In this document: in pieces, positions 20,486 through 29,326 of the stretch | Layout of the letters: each line of letters starts with the position of its first letter | Position numbering within the stretch: position 1 is the first letter of the stretch | DNA from: Acidobacteriota bacterium | GTDB lineage: Bacteria > Acidobacteriota > UBA890 > WLXD01 | Assembly: GCA_963666055.2 (NCBI GenBank) | Contig: CAXWPH010000006.1 | Span: 64,001 to 128,000 of the forward strand | DNA length: 64,000 bases | Direction of reading: 5' to 3' | Notes under the pieces: model-generated | Told to the model about the DNA's origin: nothing | Seen by the model: only the letters and a program-made list of their open reading frames with translations | The model's database searches: none | Translations under genes and position numbers: made by a program

Positions 20486-21751
20486 ATGAGTGTACGGCCC
20501 GCCACCGGCGGCAACAAACCCCGTGGTCGCAGCCAGCAGCTGTGGATAGGCGTGCTGGCGCTAGCCAGCCTGGCGATCACCAGCCCCACCGCATCGACTC
20601 TGCCCCCCGTGGCCGCTGCAGCTCCGGTAAGACCCGGGATCGACGTTTGGCGGGCTGCGGGCTTCCACCCACTGGCGGGAAAACGCGTCGGGCTAGTTAC
20701 CAACGACACGGGCCGCACCAGCGGAGGTGCCCTGACCGCCATCGTTCTATCCAACTCACCGGCAATCGAATTGGCCGCAATATTCAGTCCGGAACATGGG
20801 TTTGCCGCCGCCCTCGAGGGTGACGTCGCTGATTCCTTCGACTCGGCTACCGGCCTCCCGATCCACAGCCTCTACGGAGACACCCAGCGCCCCACAGCCG
20901 AGATGCTGAGCGGCCTGGAGGGGTTGGTCTTCGATATCCAGGACGTCGGCACGCGTTTTTACACCTACGCTACGACGCTCGCGTATTGCATGGAGGAGGC
21001 AGCACGCCTCGGACTCCCCATCGTCGTCCTGGACCGCCCAAATCCCATTGGTGGCGTGGCGATCAGCGGGCCTGTGCTTGATGAATCGCTGTTGGCGTTC
21101 GTCGGCTACGCACCGATACCGACCCGGCACGGTATGACGATCGGCGAGCTAGCCGGCTACTTCAACGACGAGCGTGGCATCGACGCGGAGCTGACGGTGG
21201 TCCGCGCCGAGGGCTGGCAACGTAGCATGTGGTACGATCAGACGGGCTTGTTGTGGCGCAACCCGTCGCCCAACATTCGCAACCTCACCCAAGCTTTGCT
21301 GTACCCGGCTCTCGGCCCGCTGGAATGGACCAATATCTCTGTAGGTCGCGGCACCGACACCCCATTCGAATGGTTCGGTGCCCCCTGGATCAACGCTCGG
21401 GAGCTCGCCATGGCGCTCAACGCCGCCGCACTCCCCGGGCTCCGATTCATACCTCGACATCTGACTCCGGCGGCCTCGGTGTACGCTGGCGAGGAATGCG
21501 CTGGCGTCGACCTGATGGTGGTCGACCGCGAAGCATTCGATGCCGGACTGACCGCGGCGACGCTCGCGATTACGCTCGAGCGCCTTCACGCCGACTCGTG
21601 GGAGCGCAGTCGACTCACGACCCTGTGGGGTGATCCGGCGATACACGAACAGCTCCGGTCGGGAATAGACGCTCGCGCCGTGACCACCAGCTGGTCGCCG
21701 GCATTACAAGAATTCCGCCGCATCCGGGACCGTTACCTGCTCTACGATTGA
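20486..21751 (+). CDS. DUF1343 exo-beta-N-acetylmuramidase (NamZ/YbbC-like)
   Basis: FSPEHG, FDIQDVGTRFYTY, LDRPNP, RHGMTIGELA, PSPNI, SVGRGTDTPFE. Confidence 0.92.
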   Translation: MSVRPATGGNKPRGRSQQLWIGVLALASLAITSPTASTLPPVAAAAPVRPGIDVWRAAGFHPLAGKRVGLVTNDTGRTSGGALTAIVLSNSPAIELAAIFSPEHGFAAALEGDVADSFDSATGLPIHSLYGDTQRPTAEMLSGLEGLVFDIQDVGTRFYTYATTLAYCMEEAARLGLPIVVLDRPNPIGGVAISGPVLDESLLAFVGYAPIPTRHGMTIGELAGYFNDERGIDAELTVVRAEGWQRSMWYDQTGLLWRNPSPNIRNLTQALLYPALGPLEWTNISVGRGTDTPFEWFGAPWINARELAMALNAAALPGLRFIPRHLTPAASVYAGEECAGVDLMVVDREAFDAGLTAATLAITLERLHADSWERSRLTTLWGDPAIHEQLRSGIDARAVTTSWSPALQEFRRIRDRYLLYD

Positions 21752-21755
21752 GTGC

Positions 21756-22184
21756 TCAGGTCGCCGAGGTCGAGGTGCTCTGACCATCGGGATGGCTCGG
21801 CCAGATAGTCCAGACTCCATGAGCGACGGCTACCACCCGATCACGGGCATCGACCACTTCGCCCTCGGCGAACGCCACGCGACGGCCGCGACGCGCAACG
21901 CGCCCACGCGCACAGAGGGGGCCGTGGCGGGCCGGGTCTCGAAACTGTACCGAGAGCTCGAGCGTGCCGCACCATTCCGATTCGCTCAGGGTTGACACCA
22001 CGGCCGCACCCAAGGCGGTGTCGAGCATCCCACACACGACACCTCCGTGGGCCACGCCGCGCCGATTGCAATGGGCTGCTACCAGCTCCAGCAGTACCTC
22101 CGACTCACCGTCGCGCGCCGCCTTCACGTCGAGGCCGAGGAGGGCATCAAACGGCGTCGATTTGCGCACCATCGGTTCGTTCAT
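21756..22184 (-). CDS. PaaI-family thioesterase
   Basis: N..GVAHGG....LD..LG hot-dog motif. Confidence 0.88.
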   Translation of the reverse strand: MNEPMVRKSTPFDALLGLDVKAARDGESEVLLELVAAHCNRRGVAHGGVVCGMLDTALGAAVVSTLSESEWCGTLELSVQFRDPARHGPLCARGRVARRGRRVAFAEGEVVDARDRVVAVAHGVWTIWPSHPDGQSTSTSAT

Positions 22185-22248
22185 GGTCTTCCGTTGCACC
22201 TCCAGTCAAGAGAAGTGGGTTCCGGAGGCCCTCTCCTCCTATGCTAAT

Positions 22249-23187
22249 ATGGGTTTTCTGCGCGCACGATCTGCCGCGCCCCGGCCTTCGCAAACGCCAT
22301 CGGGAGCCGTCTTCTTGCCCTGGCCTCCTCCCCTGTCCGCGCGCTGGACCGCGATGGCGCTCTTCTTGTTCGCTCTCGCCCTCCATCTGTTCCTGGCGAT
22401 GGGTGGAACCATCGCCGGACTCGACTTCAAGCTTCTCATCGTGGTGGACGAGATCGGCGCAATCCTCGCCGCCCCGGTCTTGTTCGCACTGCTGCTCAGA
22501 CTGAACTTCCGCGACGCGTTCCTGCTGCGTTCCACGCATTGGATCCACTACGTGGTCGCTGGCGCCACTGCGATTCCCTTGCAGATGTTCGGCGGCGCTA
22601 CGCAGGAGCTGGTCCTCGAGTTGATACCCGGCGGCGACGACTGGCGCGAGTTACTGGAGCAGATGCTGGAACCGCTGTTGAAAACCGAAACCACTGGCGA
22701 GCTGGCGCTGCTGCTGTTCGGCGGAGTATTTCTGGCCGCGGTGTGCGAGGAGCTTCTCTTCCGTGGCCTGATGCTGCAACTGCTGGCTCGCGGTCGCCGC
22801 TGGGGTGTGCCGATTTTCATCACCGGGCTGTTGTTCGCGCTGTTCCACCTGGACATTATCGGGCTGCTGCCGCGCACACTTCTGGGCGTCTACTTCGGTA
22901 TTCTCGTGTGGCGCTCAGGCTCGATATTTCCAGCCATGTTGGCGCACGGCGCCAACAACTTGCTGGCATTCGCCGCCATCCCGTTACTCGAGACAACCGA
23001 AAGCCAAGCGCCGGAGTTCGGCGATGCAGGGCTACTGGCGCTGTTATCCGGAGCTGCTTTCCTGGCCATCCTGATCACCTACGTGCGGCTGACACCACTA
23101 CCGAGCTCGAGTGACTCCGCACCGGTCACGCCACCGGAACCGATCGCCACGAGCCCACCGGACGCCGAGCCGCGCGAGGGCTCTTGA
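22249..23187 (+). CDS. CPBP/CAAX (Abi) intramembrane metalloprotease
   Basis: EELLFRG, FALFH, AHGANN. Confidence 0.9.
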   Translation: MGFLRARSAAPRPSQTPSGAVFLPWPPPLSARWTAMALFLFALALHLFLAMGGTIAGLDFKLLIVVDEIGAILAAPVLFALLLRLNFRDAFLLRSTHWIHYVVAGATAIPLQMFGGATQELVLELIPGGDDWRELLEQMLEPLLKTETTGELALLLFGGVFLAAVCEELLFRGLMLQLLARGRRWGVPIFITGLLFALFHLDIIGLLPRTLLGVYFGILVWRSGSIFPAMLAHGANNLLAFAAIPLLETTESQAPEFGDAGLLALLSGAAFLAILITYVRLTPLPSSSDSAPVTPPEPIATSPPDAEPREGS

Positions 23188-23204
23188 TCGCGGTACTCTG
23201 CTGA

Positions 23205-23216
23205 ACGGCCTGCTAG
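23205..23216 (-). repeat. family-A terminal repeat remnant
   Basis: ACGGCCTGCTAG, an exact 12-nt match to the element end, on the stop of the CDF gene. Confidence 0.6.
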
Positions 23217-24235
23217 CGCAGCAACCGCGACCATGGGCAGCGGTCCTCGCCCGGACAGTACTCGCCGCACGGATCCGCGTGGATGGTCACGTCGGTACGC
23301 GGAATCGCAAGCTCGAGCTCCTGCTCCACGTGGTCAACGATGTGGTGCGAGGTCTCGAAGCTGATCGCCTTGCACAGCACCAAGTGCAGACTGACGATCT
23401 TCTGGCTTCCGGCACGACGTGTGCGCAGACCGTGATACGCCAGCACCTCGCCACCATGCTCATCCAGGACGCTGACAATCTCCTGTTGAACATCCTCCGG
23501 CAACTCGCGATCCAAGAGATCCTGGGCGGTGTCGATGATCAGCGCCCGCACCTGCCAAAGTACGAACACGGCGATCAGGATCGACACGAACGGATCGAAA
23601 TAGATGACGCCCGTCGTCGCCTGCAGAATGAGCGCAAGAATCACAGCGGCGTGACTGGTGAAATCCATCGAGTAGTGCAGCTGTTCGGTGGCGATTATCG
23701 GTGACTCGCTTCCGGCTCCACGCGAGCGGATGAGGCGCGAGAGCCCGAGGGCGACCAACGCCGAGATCAGCATCACGCCGACACCCAAGGCGGTACCGAC
23801 GACGGGCTCCGGAGAGCGCAGACGCTCGACCCCCTGAACGCCGATAAACACTGCCACACCGGCCAATATCAACGCCTGAATACCGCCAACCAGACTCTCG
23901 ACCTTGCCGTGCCCGAACGGGTGCTCGGTGTCCGGCGGCTCCTCCGCCTTCCGGGCTGAGAACCAGTTGAGCCCGGAGAGCGCCGCGTCGAGCATCGAGT
24001 CGAGGCCAGAGGCGAGAATCGCCAGGCTGTTGGTCCACCAGGCGGCGCCGAGCTTCAGCAGCACCAGCCCGAGCGCAGCGGCGACCGACAGCCGGAAGAT
24101 AGACGTCTTCACGGCAAGCTCCCGCACCCGCTGAGCTTCCATGACTCGAAGCGCGCGATCGTGTTCCGGAGCTCGGAAACGATCACGGGTGTCGGGACCT
24201 GGAGGCGACGGGGGCTGGCTTCGGTCGCGGGTCAT
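23213..24235 (-). CDS. cation diffusion facilitator (FieF/YiiP-like) with Cys-rich tail
   Basis: SLAILASGLDSMLD, HPFGHGKVE, HYSMD, HGLRTRRAG, IHADP. Confidence 0.92.
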   Translation of the reverse strand: MTRDRSQPPSPPGPDTRDRFRAPEHDRALRVMEAQRVRELAVKTSIFRLSVAAALGLVLLKLGAAWWTNSLAILASGLDSMLDAALSGLNWFSARKAEEPPDTEHPFGHGKVESLVGGIQALILAGVAVFIGVQGVERLRSPEPVVGTALGVGVMLISALVALGLSRLIRSRGAGSESPIIATEQLHYSMDFTSHAAVILALILQATTGVIYFDPFVSILIAVFVLWQVRALIIDTAQDLLDRELPEDVQQEIVSVLDEHGGEVLAYHGLRTRRAGSQKIVSLHLVLCKAISFETSHHIVDHVEQELELAIPRTDVTIHADPCGEYCPGEDRCPWSRLLR

Positions 24236-24499
24236 GACGAGCGTCCGATACCCTCGACCTGACGCCAGCCCGAAGATGCGCCTTTCGGCATCGCTGCCTC
24301 TCGTTTCAGGGTTGGGCGGACACCGCCGACGCAGTCTCAACGCCCGGATCGCGGGCGTCAAGGAGTCTGGCGGCCCGACCAGGCGCGGCCGAGCGCGGGG
24401 TCAACGGTGGATCATCGAGCATGCGAAAATATGCCGTGCACGGTGCGACCGACGCCCACCGAGTGTCTATTTGCCGCTCTCCGGAACTACGAGATCTCG

Positions 24500-25138
24500 A
24501 TGCTAGGACGTAGTGTACTCGTGCTGGCGATGTTGATCGTCGCACCTGCCGCATTTGGCCAGGACAGACCGAGCAGTACGGCGGGAATACCGCCGACACC
24601 GGACGTCGATCAGCCCGCCAACCCAACACTCAAACGGACACGCTGGGCGGTGGGTGCCAGCCATGGCATCGGCGTGGAGATCAACTCTTCGCGTGAGATC
24701 GATATCAGCTCGCTTTGGGTTCGCCTTTCACAGATCATCGGAGACCAGGATTCGGTCGCTGGTGCGAAGACCTTCCTCGGTGGGCAGCCGGCAATAGCCG
24801 TCGAGCTGATACCGCTCAGTTACTTTCGACAATCCCCTAGCGCCTGGGGAGCCGGCCTGAACGTCCTCTACGAGCACCGGCTGCGACCTACGGAGTCTGT
24901 CAGGCCGATCATTCGGGCCGGCGCCGGTACGGTGTACACAACGGAAAGGGTGCCGCCCGGCGAAACACGCTACAACTTCTCGCTGTTCGTCGGCGCGGGG
25001 ATCGAATTCGCGACCTTCGACGACAAGGCGATCCAGATCGACTACCGACTCCATCACATCTCCAACGCTGACTCCGGAGCAGAGAACCCCGGGATCAACG
25101 CACACACCGTGGTGGTGGGGTTGGCCTGGGGCTTTTGA
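24500..25138 (+). CDS. PagL-like lipid A 3-O-deacylase / acyloxyacyl hydrolase barrel
   Basis: Signal peptide, YRLHHISNA...NPGIN, terminal Phe. Confidence 0.82.
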   Translation: MLGRSVLVLAMLIVAPAAFGQDRPSSTAGIPPTPDVDQPANPTLKRTRWAVGASHGIGVEINSSREIDISSLWVRLSQIIGDQDSVAGAKTFLGGQPAIAVELIPLSYFRQSPSAWGAGLNVLYEHRLRPTESVRPIIRAGAGTVYTTERVPPGETRYNFSLFVGAGIEFATFDDKAIQIDYRLHHISNADSGAENPGINAHTVVVGLAWGF

Positions 25139-25139
25139 C

Positions 25140-26141
25140 TCACTGCCCCGAAACAAGTGGCCGCGCCGTGGGCGCGGCCTCGGTCGTAGCGCCGCGGGCA
25201 CCAGCGCGGGCCGCATCCAGCGCTTCACGGCCGGTGTATTGGGGTCGGATCCCGAAATGGGTCTTGAGTCGGGTGTTGTCGAGGATCGGCAACCCGGACG
25301 AGAAGCGCAGCTGACGCGCCGGCGACGGTGCCCGCCTGAACAACCACGCAGCCCACGCTAGACCCCAGGCCACTCCCCCGGGAAGTACCGCGCTGGGTCG
25401 CGACAGGGCCCGGCACACCTCAGAAAGGCGCAGCAGGCCGTCGGCGGCCACGTTGTAGGTGCCACCGTGCCGCTCCTGCACTGCCCGCCAGAGAACGTCT
25501 GCGGCGTCGTCCTCGTGAAGAAACTGCAGCATCGGGTCGCGGCGCAGACGTGGGACCAACGGCGTGCGCAGCAGCTCTTCGATGACCCTCACGTTGCGGG
25601 GCCCTATGGTTGTAGCCACGCGGAACACGTAGACGTTCGTCCGACCGTGTACCCCGGCGAACTCACGCACAGCGCGATCTATTGCCGTCTGGTCGTTGGC
25701 CCCTACTGCGGCATCGAGCGCATCGGTCTCCAACCAAGGGCGCCCGTTCGACGACGGTTGCGGGTATGCCGCCGCGCTCCCCCAGTGGATCAGCAGTGGT
25801 ACGCGCACGCTCGCCGCAGCGCGCATCGCGGTATTGGCAAGAGCGAGCCGTCCAGAGCAGTCGAGCGAGTCGGCGCAGAAGTTGACCAGGCACTGTGGTC
25901 GATGCTCGCGTACGGCCGTAGCGACTCCACGCCGGTCTCGGCGTATCTGAAAAACAGCTTCACCCGGCCACCCGGGCGGCTCCTCGGCGCCCACCCCGAC
26001 GGCGTCACCGCCCGCCCCCAGGATCCGCTCTGCGACAAGACCCGCCACCGTATCAAGCGACCCGAACATCATCACCGGGCCTGGTCTGCTGCTGGACTCG
26101 GTCGAGTCCACTGGTGGCTCGGGCCGGAAGCGAGCTGACAC
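25140..26141 (-). CDS. extended SDR / NAD-dependent epimerase-like protein, motifs degenerate
   Basis: GSAAAY, LQFLHEDD.A, GTYNVA, LDNTRLK fold motifs; no GxxGxxG or YxxxK. Confidence 0.75.
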   Translation of the reverse strand: MSARFRPEPPVDSTESSSRPGPVMMFGSLDTVAGLVAERILGAGGDAVGVGAEEPPGWPGEAVFQIRRDRRGVATAVREHRPQCLVNFCADSLDCSGRLALANTAMRAAASVRVPLLIHWGSAAAYPQPSSNGRPWLETDALDAAVGANDQTAIDRAVREFAGVHGRTNVYVFRVATTIGPRNVRVIEELLRTPLVPRLRRDPMLQFLHEDDAADVLWRAVQERHGGTYNVAADGLLRLSEVCRALSRPSAVLPGGVAWGLAWAAWLFRRAPSPARQLRFSSGLPILDNTRLKTHFGIRPQYTGREALDAARAGARGATTEAAPTARPLVSGQ

Positions 26142-26419
26142 TAGCAGGCCGTGGTGAAAGTGTGGTGGGTCTGGTTACGGCGAGTTGGGGCCAGATGCAA
26201 GGCGGCCTGACGCAGGCGATGCCCCGGCCATCGTCCAGGAAGGCCAACACCGCAAATGGCCCCAACTCGCCGTAACCCTTCGGGCGACAGGGGGTTGCGC
26301 GCGTAGGCTGCGTCGTTCCTCGTCAACGATGCGGTAACCATCGCCTCCTCCTCTCTCCTTGCCTGCACTTCGCAAGACCCTGTCGCCAGATCCACCACAC
26401 TTTCACCACGGCCTGCTAG
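26141..26419. mobile_element. complete 279-bp non-autonomous miniature inverted-repeat element (family A)
   Basis: 34-nt terminal inverted repeats including CTAG (33/34 identical); internal 21-bp perfect stem 26173-26193/26257-26277; C-TTCG-G loop; second stem 26283-26292/26378-26387; no ORF of plausible function. Confidence 0.9.
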
Positions 26420-27162
26420 CCGGCGCTCAGCGACGCGCCGCCGTCTACCGGCAGGATGGTGCCAGTTATGTAGTCCGGCGCTTCGGCGAAGAAGAGCACG
26501 CCGCGCGCTACGTCTTCGGGAGTCCCGGCAGACCCCGCTGGCACGCGGGCCAGCACCTCCTCGCGTTCTGCCTCCGACGTTCCCTCGGGGAACAGGATGG
26601 CGCCCGGCGCCACCCCGTTCACCTGTACGCGCGGCGCCAGAGCTTGAGCGCTGCAACGGGTCAGCGCATCGAGACCGCTCTTGGCAACGCAATACGCAGC
26701 GTAGTCCCCGAGTGGATGGATGCCGATGGTGCCGCAAATGTTAACAATGCGGCCCCGGCCCCGCTCCCACATCCGCTCCCCCACCAAGCGAGTGAGCCGG
26801 AAAGGCGCTTCGAGGTTCACGCTGAGATGGTATCGCCAGGTTGTCTCGTCCAGTTCGACGAATGCCCGGCGTTCGAAGACCGCGGCGTTGTTGACCAGCA
26901 GATCAAGCTCGCCGAGCTCGTCCCTGACCGCGTCGACGAGCTCGGTGACCGACCGCGGATTGGTGATGTCTGCCTGCAGCGCCGCCGCTTGCCCTCCGGC
27001 GCTCCGCAACTCCGACACCAGCTCGTTGGCCGGCTGCGCCGATCGCAGGTAATTGACCGCCACCGCGTAGCCTGCGCGCCCCAACGCCGTGCTGATAGCG
27101 CGCCCAACACGGATGGCGCCCCCGGTGACCAAGGCAACACGGTGCGGTGGTGTGGGGGGCAA
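26416..27162 (-). CDS. SDR oxidoreductase, pteridine reductase/FolM-like
   Basis: TGGAIRVG, LLVNNAAVF, YCVAK, VQVNGVAPG, YITGTILPVDGG. Confidence 0.85.
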   Translation of the reverse strand: MPPTPPHRVALVTGGAIRVGRAISTALGRAGYAVAVNYLRSAQPANELVSELRSAGGQAAALQADITNPRSVTELVDAVRDELGELDLLVNNAAVFERRAFVELDETTWRYHLSVNLEAPFRLTRLVGERMWERGRGRIVNICGTIGIHPLGDYAAYCVAKSGLDALTRCSAQALAPRVQVNGVAPGAILFPEGTSEAEREEVLARVPAGSAGTPEDVARGVLFFAEAPDYITGTILPVDGGASLSAG

Positions 27163-27364
27163 GAGTCCCTCTCGGAAGGAACAGCGGCATCAACCAGTCG
27201 TGGTCTCGGGGGCCCCGCGCGGGCCCTGCTGAAGTGTAGTGGCTGGCGAGCGGCCCAGCATACGAGCGCGTCCGTGTCGCGACACATCCGTCACCGCGGC
27301 AAGAGTTAGGATGATCTCTGACCGATCGACCGAGCCCCGTCAACACCATCCACCACCCGCGCCG

Positions 27365-28642
27365 ATGCCTCAAATTGTCGTCTACACCAAGTCGTTCTGC
27401 TCATACTGCAGCTGGGCCAAGAACCTGCTCGCAGCGAAGGGCGTGGAATGGGACGAGATCAACGTCTCGACCGACCCGGCTCGCTTCGCGGAGATGATCG
27501 AGCGCTCCAACGGCCGTGCCACCGCGCCACAGATATTCATCGACGATCTGCACATCGGCGGGTTCGACGAGCTCGCCACGCTCGAGACGCGCGGCGAACT
27601 GGACCCGCTGCTGAGCCCCGACCGCGATGGCCACAACGGCGCCGGGGTTGTGGACGCCGATAGCCCTACCACAACCCCGCAGAAGGAGGTGGCTGAGAGC
27701 CATCGTGAGCTGATCATCGTCGGCTCCGGCTGCGCCGGCCTGACAGCGGCCATCTATAGTGCCCGCGCCAACTTGGCACCGCTGGTGATCACCGGTCGCG
27801 AGCTAGGTGGACAGCTCTACACGACAACGGATGTCGAGAACTTTCCGGGGTTTCCAGACGGCATCCAAGGACCCGACCTCATCGACCGAATGCGGGCGCA
27901 GGCGGAGCGATTCGGCGCCGAGCTCGTGTTCGGTCACGTTGCCAGCCTTCAGCTCAGTGAGCACCCCTTCAGAGTCGTCCTGGAGGGTAGTGTCGAGCAC
28001 ACCTGCGATGCGCTGATCATTGCCACGGGGGCATCGCCAAAAGCCCTGGGTGTACCCGGCGAGATGGAGCTGCGCGGCTACGGCGTCTCCACCTGCGCGA
28101 CGTGCGATGCAGCCTTCTTCCGCGATCGACCCGTAGCGATCGTCGGCGGCGGTGACTCCGCCATGGAAGAGGCGCTGTTCCTCACCAAGTTCGCGTCCTC
28201 GGTGACGCTTCTACACCGACGCGACGAGCTCCGGGCCAGCCCCATCATGGCGGGACGCGTTCTGGAGCACGAGAAGATCGATATCCTGTGGAACACCCAG
28301 GTCGAGGAGTTCGTCGGCACGTCAGAAACGGGACTCACCGGCGTGCGAGTGATCAACAATCAAACTGGTGAGAGTGCTGACCTGCAGGTCGACGGCTGCT
28401 TCATCGCCATCGGTCACGACCCCAACACCGAAGTGCTGGTCGACTGGCCGATCCGGCTCGATGAGCTAGGCTACGTAGCCGACGACGAACGGCCGCTGCC
28501 CAGCACGGCGATCGACGGCGTGTTCGTGGCGGGCGATATTCACGACCACCACTACCGGCAGGCAATCACCGCCGCGGGATATGGCTGCCGCGCCGCCCTC
28601 GATGCCGAAAAGTGGCTCACCAAGAGGCTCATGGGAGCCTGA
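27365..28642 (+). CDS. trxB: glutaredoxin 3 - thioredoxin reductase fusion
   Basis: N-terminal [17 protein letters not shown]...IGGFDEL (Grx), then a linker, then GSGCAG, GGQL, STCATCD, VGGGDSA, HRRD, AGD (TrxB); one open frame. Confidence 0.92.
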   Translation: MPQIVVYTKSFCSYCSWAKNLLAAKGVEWDEINVSTDPARFAEMIERSNGRATAPQIFIDDLHIGGFDELATLETRGELDPLLSPDRDGHNGAGVVDADSPTTTPQKEVAESHRELIIVGSGCAGLTAAIYSARANLAPLVITGRELGGQLYTTTDVENFPGFPDGIQGPDLIDRMRAQAERFGAELVFGHVASLQLSEHPFRVVLEGSVEHTCDALIIATGASPKALGVPGEMELRGYGVSTCATCDAAFFRDRPVAIVGGGDSAMEEALFLTKFASSVTLLHRRDELRASPIMAGRVLEHEKIDILWNTQVEEFVGTSETGLTGVRVINNQTGESADLQVDGCFIAIGHDPNTEVLVDWPIRLDELGYVADDERPLPSTAIDGVFVAGDIHDHHYRQAITAAGYGCRAALDAEKWLTKRLMGA

Positions 28643-28644
28643 GC

Positions 28645-29283
28645 CTAGCAGGGCCGCGCGGTAAGAAACGGGTTGGTGCGCCGCTCCTGACCCAGTGTCG
28701 TTTCCGGGCCATGGCCAGGAAGCACGGTGACCTCTTCGCCGAGAGGTAGCAACACGGTGCGAATCGACTGCATCAGGACTTCGTAGCTGCCGCCCGGCAG
28801 ATCAGTGCGGCCGATCGAGCCGGCAAACAGGCAATCACCCGAAACCACGACATCGAGATCAGCGAACCAGAAGGCCACGTGTCCTGGCGCGTGACCCGGG
28901 ACGTGCAGCACTCGGGCGCGCAGCCCTCCCAGCACCATCACCTCGTCAGTTTCAAGCCAGCGGGTCGGTGTCGGCAACGGTGGCACATGAAGCCCGAACG
29001 TCGCCGCCTGCTGCTCGACCGCGTCGTATAGCGGTCGATCGAGCGGGTGGAGCGCCAGCGACGCACCGGTCGCGTCTACCGCCTCGGCAACACCCGCGAC
29101 GTGATCGATGTGAGCATGAGTGAGCCAGATCTGCTCCACGTCGAGCCCCTGTTGCCCAGCAACGGCGAGCAACTCCGTGACGTGACCACCCGGATCGACA
29201 AGCGCCGCAGCACCGGTTTCGGGGCAGCCGATCAACCACGAGTTCTCGCTGAACGGCGCCACCACCTCAACGTGTCGAAACAT
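28645..29283 (-). CDS. MBL-fold hydrolase (glyoxalase II/YcbL-like)
   Basis: THAHIDH, PGHAPGH, GDCLF.GSIGRTDLPGG, PGHG. Confidence 0.92.
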   Translation of the reverse strand: MFRHVEVVAPFSENSWLIGCPETGAAALVDPGGHVTELLAVAGQQGLDVEQIWLTHAHIDHVAGVAEAVDATGASLALHPLDRPLYDAVEQQAATFGLHVPPLPTPTRWLETDEVMVLGGLRARVLHVPGHAPGHVAFWFADLDVVVSGDCLFAGSIGRTDLPGGSYEVLMQSIRTVLLPLGEEVTVLPGHGPETTLGQERRTNPFLTARPC

Positions 29284-29316
29284 GCGTAGCCAGCTCCCTG
29301 GGTTGGCTCCGTGGTT

Positions 29317-29326
29317 GGCCTGCTAG
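29317..29326 (-). repeat. family-A terminal repeat remnant
   Basis: GGCCTGCTAG on the recD2 stop codon. Confidence 0.45.

Noticed and set aside
28645-28656. CTAGCAGGGCCG resembling a family-A end
   Set aside because: Short, has an indel and lies inside the MBL coding end; may be chance.
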